Assembly (NCBI GenBank): GCA_964016885.1
Contig: OZ024745.1
Location: 86,552,001-86,616,000, forward strand
Reading direction: 5' to 3'
From: Eledone cirrhosa
Taxonomy: Eukaryota
Length of the DNA: 64,000 bases
How positions within the stretch are numbered: the stretch's first letter is position 1; each line of letters opens with the position of its first letter. Under the pieces are notes generated by a model. That model did not search any database and was not told the origin of the DNA. It saw only the letters and a program-made list of their open reading frames with translations. Of this stretch, positions 49,413 to 60,900 are shown in pieces. Both the position numbers and the translations under genes were made by a program.

Positions 49413-49916
49413 CTTGTGTTGAGCTGGTCATTAATTTATGGTGGTCGTGCGTGGAGTAGAGCAATCGCTAGTTGAAATATTATGAACAAAACATTTTTAT
49501 TTGCCGAAGAACATATTTTCAATACTGTTTGTGAATGTGACGAAGGAAATACATTCTGATATGGAACAGTGTACAAAGTGTGTCTGTGAATAACATAATG
49601 TTACCTCATGTTGTTGTCAAGACATAATGGATTTCGTTTATCCAGTTAGAAGATGAAACCTAGCCATCTCGGATTAGTAATATTTCATGCCATGTGTAAA
49701 CGTGTTTGAGGATAGCAAAATATGCGTGTTTCTTGTCTGGAAACTTTCTGCTAAACAAATTTGTTTCAGTATATATTTAATATAATATTAATATATTTTG
49801 TAATATTATTAACTAATTATTATAATTAGCGCTTCAGGCTTTGTCTATATACTGAAACAAATTTGTAAGTCATTACCTAATTAAACTCTTTGCTTGAAAT
49901 TTTATCATTCTTCGTT

Positions 49917-49956
<40 letters not shown>

Positions 49957-51587
49957 TTTATCTAGTCCTTCGCTCAAGATTAATCTATAAGTTTAGATGT
50001 CTGCCTTCGTTTAAGTAAATATTACAGTAAGATTTTTAATATAAACAACTACAAAAAACAATTAATATTAAAACGAAAAAATTATCAATGATAAAAGAAG
50101 CGGATGCAACTTTTTTTTTTATAAAGTTATATTCCTGTTTCTTTAAAGAACATTTCATTTTTGTTCTATTGTAGGCGAAATAATGCAATGGTTTAATAGG
50201 GAAGATATAACTTACCAATTATGTCTCTAACCGTGTAACGCTTTTTAAGTAGATAACTACAATTGAAAATACTAAAGAAATGGAACCAACAATTCAATTT
50301 GAAAGTCGTCTACTTATAGTGACAGTGTATTACTGGTACTTTATTTTATCGACCCCGTAACGATGAAAGGCAAAAATGCAAATGCTTAAAATTTAAATTC
50401 CCTTAATTCTATCGTCTGCTGTTTCATTAAAGGGAGATTCTCGTCTGTATTTAATTCTATCGTCTACTGTTCCACTAAACAGATATACCTCCACTATCGT
50501 CTCTATTTATACATTTTAACTTATAACTTATACACATTTGATTTTAAATATTTTATCTAGTCCCCCCTCTCAATATTATGATGATTTCTTTCGAATGAAA
50601 CAGTTCTAGTCCTGTAGAAGCCATTTATATATATAATTGAACTGAGTTAAAAATTCACAATATTTATAATTAAATAAGCTCATATATATATGTGTGTATT
50701 TATCTGTTTATTGTATTATATATAATGTGTGTATATACAGGATGTCCCCCCAAAATATATACACACTTCAACAGCATTCTAATAACTATTGCCTGTACAG
50801 GTAATCAAAGTGTCAATCGAATGTTAGTTTCGTGTTTTAACAGTACAAATTTACAATACACACATAAAACCAGTGTATATACATACATGAGTGTATATAC
50901 ACATACATGAATGTGTATCTACAATATATATGTATATATATATAGACACATATATTCACGGTGCAACGGAACATTAAAATATAGATGCGGGAGGGGGGGT
51001 GTATATATAGGGGCGCTGGGGATAAAGGAGTGTAAAGCGTGTGTAATTGATATATTGAAGGAGAGGAGCGTGCAGCGATAGAGTAACAAATATATAGAGA
51101 GGGGGAGAGATGGTATTGAAGGGGAGGAGTGCAAAGCGAAAGAGTAAGAGAGATATATATAGAGACGGAACAGATAGAGAGAAACAGGCGTAAGTAACAG
51201 TGGAAGAGATATATAGAGAGGGGGAAATGTGTTATTGAAGGGGAGGAGTGTAAAGCGAAAGCGTAAGATATATATAGAGAGAGGGGGAATAGTATATATA
51301 TATATATATATATATATCAACACTTACTCTGATTGGTTGAAAATTAGCCAACGACATACGATCACCACCACCACGGCTATCCCCGAAAAATTTATGAAGA
51401 AGCTAGGCATATATGTTAGAACACGAAAAGTGAACATTTTGTTGTTTCACACTTTTCGTGTTCTAACAGATACATCAGCGATAAAAGTGTTGATACACGA
51501 AATATAAATGTTAAATGATAAGACTAGATTACTTTCTAAAAGGTGGTTATTGGGAAATGGGGAAATGATATATATATATATATATCT

Positions 51588-51835
51588 TTGTTTAAAATGG
51601 AATGTTGAACCTTCTATTAGATTTATGCATATACCACAGTTGAGCCTTCCACATTTTTCTACTGTCGGGTTCATTGTGAGGGTTGGTTATAAACCCTACA
51701 GTAAAAAAATGCGGAAGGCCCAACTGTGGTATATGCATAAATCTAATAGAAGGTTCAACATTCCATTTTAAACAAGGAAAACATTTCACAGTTAAAGACA
51801 CCTTTACATGTGCATCTGAAAACCTTATCTATGTA
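51588..51835 (+). mobile_element. PLE GIY-YIG N-terminal zinc-finger fragment with a 5' inverted duplication
   Basis: [19 protein letters not shown]...[10 protein letters not shown]; 51588-51668 is the reverse complement of 51695-51775; flanked by (TA)n. Confidence 0.75.
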
Positions 51836-51907
51836 TATATATATATGCGTGTGTATATGTATGTATACGTATATATGTATGTATGTGTACGTATATATGC
51901 GTGTGTA

Positions 51908-52000
<93 letters not shown>

Positions 52001-52299
52001 ATGTGAGTGTATATATGTGTGTGTATGTATATATGTATTTGATAGATGACCCCTTAGCCTTTGTTAAGGCAGAATTCTAGGAGAAGGAAAACTCTGATAT
52101 AACACCTGCAACCCTGATGGTATCCAATGATGTTGACTTGTTCTTCTTTTTGATAAATATCATCTTGGTTAAGAGAGTGGGACTGGCTTTGTGTAGTGCC
52201 TTTGTTCACTATAAAAGCTTCACGGCACAGGCATTGCTTTATATCTGGAAATCTCTCTGCACTTGTCGCCACATGGTACCATGGACCCAGCACTATGTG

Positions 52300-52445
52300 T
52301 CAATAATTGTCACAAGTGTAGTGTTTGTACCAGAGTTTTCAAGTCGCTGGCTGGACTAAAAAGTCACACTCGTTCAGCGCATCGGTAGGGGTTCTCCTAC
52401 ATGGATATAAAGTAGTGGCCGTACTCGAAAAGGAGTTGGCAGCCA

Positions 52446-52449
<4 letters not shown>
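52300..52449 (+). mobile_element. Probable RTE-type LINE 3' end (C2H2 finger and terminal stem) followed by (TA)n
   Basis: HKCSVCTRVFKSLAGLKSHTRSAHR* followed by GGCCGTACTCGAAAAGGAGTTGGCAGCCACCAT. Confidence 0.5.
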
Positions 52450-52493
<44 letters not shown>

Positions 52494-53103
52494 TCTCAAC
52501 TAATCACACTTGATCATATTTCACTATCCCGTTTTCTCCCCCCATAATTATTATATTTTTATCATTATTTGAAAAAATCGGGTTTTTTTACATTGTGTTT
52601 TCCCCTCCAAATATTCGCTTATATTTCTTTATATATTCTCTATATATTTCTTTATCTTTATTTTTTTATCTTTATTATTTCCACTCTTATCCTCCTTTAT
52701 ATTTTACCTTATTCTTACTTTTATACCTTATTATAGTGTAATCTTCCCCATGCTTTATTATACACTATTAATTATAGATTATTATTATTACTCTTTTTCC
52801 ATTTCTAATTACCTCATGTACTTTCTCCTCCGCTATATATATATATATATATATTGTACGCCCTTTGTGTTTGTGTAGCCTCTGCGCACCCTCTGCACCA
52901 TACTATCGACGCCACCCCATCTATGGTTCAACTAACCACCCGACTCCCGGGAATGAATATGACCGCAGCTAGTAAACAAGGACCCACACCCCACCCTCCC
53001 GCACCAAAATTAGACTTATCGTCCCCTACTTTTGCTCTTTACTCTCTTTACTCTTTGTTCTTGAATGTTTGGTTGGTAGAGTCCATAACACCAATCAAAC
53101 CCC

Positions 53104-53163
53104 TTTTATAGCTCTGACGAATCCTACGGTTACGTAAGGAAGAAACATTGTAAGCCAATAAAA
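53104..53163 (+). ncRNA. Type I hammerhead ribozyme motif in a (TA)n-flanked insert (about 52855-53200)
   Basis: TTTTATAGCT-CTGACGA-ATCCTACG-gtta-CGTAAGGAA-GAAA-CATTG-T-A-AGCCAATAAAA; GUA triplet. Confidence 0.8.
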
Positions 53164-53233
53164 ATCTTTTGATGTTGTAGACGCTCTTGTGTTCTTTTTC
53201 ATATATATATATATGCGTGCATATGTATTTGTA

Positions 53234-53293
<60 letters not shown>

Positions 53294-54002
53294 GATGTAT
53301 ATATATTTACAGATTTGCATTTGCTTTGTAAACGCAGATAGTTATCTTCTCCTTTGGTGAACATCCAAGAATTTGACTACTGTGTTTTACGGATTAATTG
53401 GTGAAATAAATTTCTTACTTAAAGAAATATATACAAAGGAGATTAATCGTTTAAAAAGGTATCTATATTTGAAGTTCTAGTTAAACTTTAATTAGTTACC
53501 TACCTAGCTATGTGTGCTTACATTCTTTACAAATTATTCCCTGTGATTGTTTCATATGTTTATTTTATATATATATATATATGTCAATCTATTTCTAGTT
53601 GATATAAAATGCTCAGATCTATTCATTGGAATCTTTGAGCTTATTCTACAGTGGATATGGCGCATGTCTCTCAGACATGACAACCCTTAATTTTAATTTT
53701 GGATATATATATAAATGTATATACACTTACATTTGTGTATGTGTTTTTATACGTGAAATTGAGTGTTTGTGCATGTTTATTTTTGTCGTGTGTGCGTGCG
53801 TGTGTATATATGTATGCGCGTATGCAATGTATAAATATATATATATATATTTAAAAGAATAGAGGTGTAACACACGAGTTATGATATATTGGTAAAAGGA
53901 AAAGAAAATGCTGACAAATTGTTCCCAGTGAAAAATAGTTTAATTAGGAATAAGTAAAAATTAGTAATAGTGTTGGTTAGTATTCATATATATATATATA
54001 AC

Positions 54003-54177
54003 GAAGGAAATGTGGTAAGGAACCAGGTGGACCATAACGCACCAAAGTACTCAATACTTAGAGTAGTAGAGTGGGTAATAGGAACGAGTAGGACCCCGAC
54101 GGCTAGGCTCAAGCCGTTTCGACGGCTAGATTAGCCGTCGAAACGGCTTGAGCACAGCCGTCGGGGTCCTACTCGTT

Positions 54178-54182
<5 letters not shown>
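54003..54182 (-). mobile_element. PLE-like remnant with a fold-back palindrome (54078-54182) centred on hammerhead helix II
   Basis: GACGGCTA-gat-TAGCCGTC-GAAA-CGGCT-tgagcac-AGCCG-TC-GGGGTC; CTGANGA core absent. Confidence 0.7.
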
Positions 54183-54215
<33 letters not shown>

Positions 54216-54220
<5 letters not shown>

Positions 54221-54455
54221 AGGATGAATATAAAATGAAAGTGCTTTTGTTAAAAAAGGAATTTATTAGGTATTGACATATGTTTCTGTAACAGACCGAA
54301 TACCTATGTATCGCTGCTTGCGTAATCATATAATATATTATATGATTACGCAAGCAGCGATACATAGGTATTCGGTCTGTTACAGAAACATATGTCAATA
54401 CCTAATAAATTCCTTTTTTAACAAAAGCACTTTCATTTTATATTCATCCTTTCTA
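54216..54455. repeat. 240-bp spacerless palindrome with a degenerate hammerhead
   Basis: Centre TAATA|TATTA at 54335/54336; each arm carries GAAA-CATATG-TC-AATACC. Confidence 0.9.
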
Positions 54456-54556
54456 CATTTCTCCGGAATATAATTTATACTCGTTGAGCAAACCTGCACG
54501 TACGCTGTTCATCTCTAACGTAACGATATATTATCACTACATTATTGATAACCTGA

Positions 54557-54607
<51 letters not shown>

Positions 54608-54835
54608 ATTTTTTATTTTCTGTATCTGTATTTTTATGTAATTGCACACTTCTTGTATTTGTTTATTTTTATTTTTATTTGTCCCCCCCCTCTCTTATCG
54701 TTGTCAACGCGCAACCTCTGTCTATTTTTTTTACTTTTTTATTTTTGACTTTGAATATTTTTTGTTCTTATTCATTTATTTATTTATTCTTATTACTTCA
54801 TGTATGTGTATGTATTTTGTCCATGTCGGTTGATA

Positions 54836-55094
54836 CATATACGCTTATGTGATGTGACAGCTTATGTCTACGTACTTTTTAAGTGTATGCGCGTGGTTGA
54901 GTGTGTGTATGTTTGTTTATTTATTTATTTTATATATATATATATATAATAAATAAATAAACAAACATACACACACTCAACCACGCGCATACACTTAAAA
55001 AGTACGTAGACATAAGCTGTCACATCACATAAGCGTATATGAAAGTGAGGCTGAGGAAACAACAGACGAAGAAGAAAGGGAATATATTTATATA

Positions 55095-55173
<79 letters not shown>

Positions 55174-55218
55174 TCCCTTTCTTCTTCGTCCGTTGTTTCC
55201 TCAGCCTCACTTTCATAT
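54836..55218. repeat. Two abutting palindromes (54836-55041, 55037-55218), each centred on a (TA)n tract
   Basis: Arms are near-exact reverse complements. Confidence 0.9.
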
Positions 55219-55268
55219 TTCTTATATTTTGTTTTCAAATCCACATTTAATAAAAACACCATGTTTTA

Positions 55269-55326
55269 TTCATTCTGACGACTGAAAGCAGATATATCTG
55301 CTTTAAAGAAACCACAGGTAAATGAA
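55269..55326 (+). ncRNA. Type I hammerhead ribozyme motif (same family as 15558-15618)
   Basis: TTCATT-CTGACGA-CTGAAAGCAGAT-at-ATCTGCTTTAAA-GAAA-CC-aca-GG-T-A-AATGAA. Confidence 0.82.
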
Positions 55327-55516
55327 ATAATTAGCTTATGTTGTTTATTACATAACTAATAAGCTCTGTAACCTACCTAGAGTACTCTTTTTTCTTGTAC
55401 CTTTCCGACGGAATTACTTCATATATATATATATATATTATATATATATATATTATATATATAAATATATATATTATGTGTATATATATTTATATATATA
55501 TATAAATTATATATAT

Positions 55517-56096
55517 ATACAAATGAATATATGATAGGGATAAACACTGATACAAGTATACACGTGTTCGCATTGCAAATGACCAAGTTAGCTAGATTGA
55601 AAAATACTAATTAAAATAATACGGTTTGCCTGTCTCGATTTAAAATAATAAATCAATAAAAAGAAACCTATATTGGCAATAGCCGTGATACCTGGACAAA
55701 TTTAAAATTTAAAATTTTAAATTTGGTTCGCAACAATTAAGTGAAAGTTCCTATTTCTGTGTTCTTCTGCAGGTATCCAGAAATTGGTAAGTTTCACTTC
55801 AAATACTTAAGAAGACTGAGAGAAATGTGTTGTTGAACGCACATGTGTCACAGCGCATAGCACGTCCCATACTCGTGCCGCTAAAAATAGCAGCCGGTTT
55901 TATGGGACTAAAAATTAGCTCAACGTATGGAGCCGAGAATATTATATATAGAGTTATAAACTTAAATAGTCTTTTACAATTAAATAGCACAAAGAAAAGA
56001 ATATTTCTGAGCTGTGTAATACAAATGAATATATGATAGAGATAAAGACTGATACAAGTATACACGTGTTCGCATTGCAAATGACCAAGTTAGCTA
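55517..56096. repeat. 78-bp direct repeats (55517-55594, 56019-56096); the second ends in a short palindrome
   Basis: Two mismatches; ATGACCAAGTTAGCTAACTTGGTCAT palindrome at 56081-56106. Confidence 0.85.
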
Positions 56097-56110
56097 ACTT
56101 GGTCATATTT

Positions 56111-56170
56111 ATTCTATTATATATATTTCAAGGGTACCAAACATTTTGGTACGCTATCATCAGATAAAAT
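56111..56170 (-). ncRNA. Type I hammerhead ribozyme motif with palindromic helix III
   Basis: ATTTTAT-CTGATGA-TAGCGTACCAAA-atg-TTTGGTACCCTT-GAAA-TATATA-T-A-ATAGAAT. Confidence 0.85.
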
Positions 56171-57437
56171 ACAAAATGTTTTATAAATATTTGATATGAC
56201 CAAGGATAATATACCTTAACGGTTCAAGTTATCCCTGGAAAGTGAAGGGAAGAGAGAAGAAAAGTCAGATATTTAAAATTATTAATATGAGTATGTAAAT
56301 GATGTTTATATTAAAGGGCTGAAAAACGTTATTTTAGACGCTATGGAAAATTTAAATAATTATGATAAGGAAGGAAGAGAAAGAGAAAGAGAAAGAGGAA
56401 AAGAGAAAAGAATAACGTTAATTTGTGGGAAAAGATTTTTGTTACCTATATTATGTGTTATAAAATTATATGAAGAATTATGGTTGTAAGTATTTTTATC
56501 TTATTAAATTAGGATAGGTTATATGTATATAAATCTCTCTCTATATATTAATAAGTTGCGTATGCATTGATTGTTTATATAAACAAATATGAGTTACGAA
56601 AGATGTTGAAATTTTATTTTCAAGTTGTGAGATTAGAATAATTTGTGGATTCAAAAAATTTCAACATTGAGAATGTTTTCAGAATATTGTTAATTTAACG
56701 AAGCTATATAAATTATTGAACTAAAATTGTTAAAGAAAAAGGAAAAGGAAGACCACTTAAACGTTAATTTAGGGGAAATATATTCAGACATTTGTCTATA
56801 TTTATATGGAGAATTATTTATCTTATTATAATAATATATAAATATCTATATATATATTTTAATAATAGGATAGTTTGTTTATAATATGAGTTACAAGGGA
56901 TGTGATTTATAAATAAATAAAAAAAAAATAAAATAAATTGGTGTTTGTTCCTAATATAAGTTACTAGGGATGTTGATTTTATGTAAATAAATAGGTAGTT
57001 AAAATTGATAAAGTTTAAATTAAATTCAATTAACGGAATTATGTATAACAAGTTTTTATGACTGAAAAAAGGAAAGATAACTCCGATTTTTTAATTAATC
57101 GCTTGTGTGGAATTAATTATTTAGTCTAAAAAAATATGAATATTTAAACAACATCCTGAATATTTAAAAATTAGCTTTAGAGGAATAATAAAGAATTAAG
57201 AAAATAGAATTAAAGAATTAAAAAAAATTAAGATTAAAATTAAAATTAAAATTAAAAATGTAGAAGTACATAAATATATATAAATATCTATACATACACA
57301 CGTATTATAAGAATTATATTATAAGAATTTTAAAGATATTATGATTTAGAGATATTAATATATTAAAAGTATTAAAAAAATAAAATGCAAGAGCAGATAA
57401 GATCATTTTGGAGATTAATAGGAATATTATAAGTATA

Positions 57438-57978
57438 TTATAAGTTACATATAGTTCTGAATGTAGAATTTTGGCGATGTCTGCAACAACTAAATATTTC
57501 TGTCCTGAGGTTAATAGAGATTTTACAATTAATTATATAAAACATTTCTTCAATACATAATTTACAGGATCTTGATAAGGCCGTGTTTCGGTAAGCAGGT
57601 GCTTCTGAAATGGTTTTCCAAGATAATGAATAGTCTATATTCCTGCTTTTTAAGTTCCATATAAGATGTGAGAGGGTAGTAGAATATTTTTTGTCAGATC
57701 TTCTAAAAGAATGATTGTGATTATTCCAGCGAAGTTTAAATTCTGTAGAAGTGGCACCGACATAGTTGAATATATTATCACTAGTTTTAACAGTACATTT
57801 ATAAACTTTGTTTTTATCTAAACACTTATTTTGTAAAGGGCAGTTTGATTTGATTCTACAGTTACATTTTACGGAGTTGTTGTTGCTCAGAACGGTACTA
57901 TTATACTGGATATTGCTAGAAATATTATTATTGCTATTATGGTTATTTTGGTTAGGGTTTAAATTTAAGTTTCTATTA
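57438..57978 (-). pseudogene. PLE GIY-YIG endonuclease domain (open frame, missed by the ORF track)
   Basis: Manual translation: KCNCRIKSNCPLQNKCLDKNKVYKCTVKTSDNIFNYVGATSTEFKLRWNNHNHSF...STTLSHLIWNLK...SCKLCIEEMFYII...NLRTEIFSCCRH. Confidence 0.88.
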
Positions 57979-60900
57979 TCTATATATTAATTTGAACAAT
58001 GTCAGTATTCCATGTGTCATAATTCTCTATTATCATTGGTTCATAGGTTTCAAACGACTCCGCCCACCTCAAGGACGCCAAACTGAAATTAATATGCATA
58101 ATGCCAATGAGGGAGTGAGAGGGGAGAGTGTTTTGGATACACTATATATATGTGTCAGTGTAGAGACATGTGTGTGGAAATAAGAGGGGAAGGAAATCAA
58201 TAACTATTAACATGTGTGCGTGTGTATGTACATGCGCGTATGTTTATGTATGTGTGTGCGTGCGTGCAGCGTTCCACAGAAAGTAAAAACTATCAACATG
58301 TGTGAGTGTGTGCGTGTGTAAGTTTCCATGCGTGTATGTGTGTGGCGTTCCACAATCGCCACGCAGTTTATCTGTCTGTGTGCCTGTCTGTCAGTTTAAC
58401 ATACACAGAGTTGTGAAGGGAGTAAATAGGGACCTTTTTTTACATTGACGGACATCTTTTATATTTATTATTGTGTCATTTTTTGACAATTGCTCGAAAT
58501 GAATACTGATAATAAAAGCAATTCGACTTTATCAAACAGCGAACTACAGCGGCGACGGCGTGCAGCCAGGAATTAAGAAAAACGGGCCGAACAGCGCCAT
58601 CGGAACGCCGAACTTCAGAGGCGAAGACGTGCCGCCATGAATGAAGAGGAGCTGGCTGAACAACGCCGAACGAAACACTGGAGCCAAGCAGCGACGGCGT
58701 GCTGCGATGGTTGAAGACGAACTGACTGAGCATCATCAGAAGATGGCCGGAATTCATCAGCAACGGCGTGCTGCGATGGATGAAGAGGAGCTGGCTGAAC
58801 AGCGCCAGCTCAATACAGAAGTTCAGAGAATGTGTCACCAAAGTGCTCCTCATTCCAGTAAAGAGGCTAGAAGGCGAACGGATGATATTAAAAATGGATC
58901 ATGGCAACCGTGTCATTTTCAGATTGGTGGACGAGCAGAGTGTCCACATTGTGGTGCATTGATTTGGAGGCACGAAAAGACGTGGACCACAATATGCTGT
59001 CATAAAGGAGCAGTTCAACTAGAACCCTTGCGAATGCCGGATGATGAGGAGTCACCGGAGGTTAAAATAGTAAGTATGTGAGGTGATCAAGGAGACCGAG
59101 GTAGATTACTGCGCAAATATTCGCGGCAATTTAACAATTCATTAGCTTTAGCATCGCAGAGAGTTAGTGAGATGTTTGAGAGTGGAGTATGGCAACCGAA
59201 TGTAGTCATTCAAGGCCGTTTGTATCATTGTATAGGTAATTTAGAAGTTACCCCAGGAGAGAGGCCTCGATTCGCTCAAATTTATGTTAACGATCCAGAT
59301 TATAGTGAATCGGAGGAGGATATCAGGATCGGTTGGATGAAGTTGCCGGGAAATATAACTGAACTTGAACGGCAAAGGTTAAGTGATTTGATCCGTGATT
59401 TGCAATCATGGCTTAGACAGTGTAATCCTTATGTTATGGATTTCATGTTGGTGGCTGAACTGCAAAATGTTCAACAGCAAACATTGGTGATTAAGGCTGA
59501 CTCAGTGCCAAGGAATCAACACGAACGGCGATATAATGCCTCTGAAGGATTTCATGAAGTTGTTGTGTTGATGGACGATAAGCCTGGATCGAGAGATATC
59601 GTCCTCAATCGCAGAGATGGTGGTCTCAAGACTATCAATGAGTCAAATAGGGCATACGATCCATTACATTATGTTCTTTTATTCCCAAAAGGTGAAAATG
59701 GATGGAACATGTCTGTTCATTTAGATGATCATGAGAATCAGCATTAACAGGGAGGCGGCAATAGACACAATAATTTGATTCGCGACTTTTACGCGTTCCA
59801 TTTGAACGAGAGGAATCAACAGAGAAATGCGCTATTTCAAGCCAGCAGATTGTTCCAGGAATACTGTTGTATGGCATTAGCAAAGATCGAAAATCAAAGG
59901 CTAAATTATATAGCTACACATCAGCAACATATCAGAGCTGAATTGTATAATAATATACAGGATGCGATAACAGCCGATGATGTCAATTACAAGCAAATTG
60001 GTCGACGCATCATTTTGCTATCGTCGTTCATCGGCAGCCCAAGATATATGAAGATTCGCTATCAGGATGCAATGGCTATTGTCAGAAAGTTTGGAAAGCC
60101 AGATTTGTTTATAACGGTTACATGCAATCCTGAATGGATTGATATTAAGAATGCACTTTTGCCAGGACAACAGCCAAATGACCGTCCTGATATTGTGGCA
60201 AGAGTATTCAAAGGATATCTGAAAAAGATAATGGATGATGTGGAAAAAGAGGGAATCTTTGGAGGTAGAGTTGCTTTTACATACGTAATTGAATTCCAAA
60301 AAAGAGGATTGCCACATGCACATTTGCTGATCATTTTACATAGAGATTGCAAATTGAGATGTACTGAGGATGTCGACAGCATTGTGTGTGCTGAACTGCC
60401 GGAGAATGAGGCACTACGCAACTTGGTGGCAAAGTCAATGGTGCACAACCAATGCGGAGTGGCAAATCGGAAAGCGCCTTGCATTAAAAATGTCCAATGC
60501 AGTAAGCACTTTCCAAAATCTTTTGTCACGAACACTTCCTGGAACGATGGGATGCTCATCCCTCATACAGAAGACGGTCGCCTGCAGATGGCGGTTTGGT
60601 CGAAAATGTAAACGGTCGACAGATTACAAATCAATGGGTTGTGCCATACAATCCATATTTGATTATGAAATATCGTTGTCATATTAATGTGGCAATTTGT
60701 AGCTCAGTGAAAGCTTGCAAATATCTATTCAAATATGTTTACAAAGGTCATGATCGGGCAATGATCAATGTCAGGAATGAGGAAGCGAACCAAGGAGATG
60801 AAGTTGGCAGGTTCCAGGATGTTCGCTCGATTGGATCTAGCGAAGCTTGCTGGAGATTGTTCGATTTTGACCTCAATGAACGCAAACCCAGCGTTCAGAA

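Larger units (their letters stand above)
56100..57978 (-). mobile_element. Penelope-like (Naiad-like) element 3' part: GIY-YIG ORF end, AT-rich 3' region and hammerhead
   Basis: GIY-YIG frame and downstream hammerhead lie on the same strand; cut off at 57978 by the Helitron. Confidence 0.75.

Noticed and set aside
49755-49872. Hammerhead at GAAACAAATTTGTA
   Set aside because: Palindromic helix III-like part is present but there is no intact CTGANGA or helix I; at best a decayed remnant.
57438-57870. Selenocysteine recoding as described for some Naiad PLEs
   Set aside because: All Cys positions in this fragment are TGT/TGC with no in-frame TGA; no SECIS could be supported.
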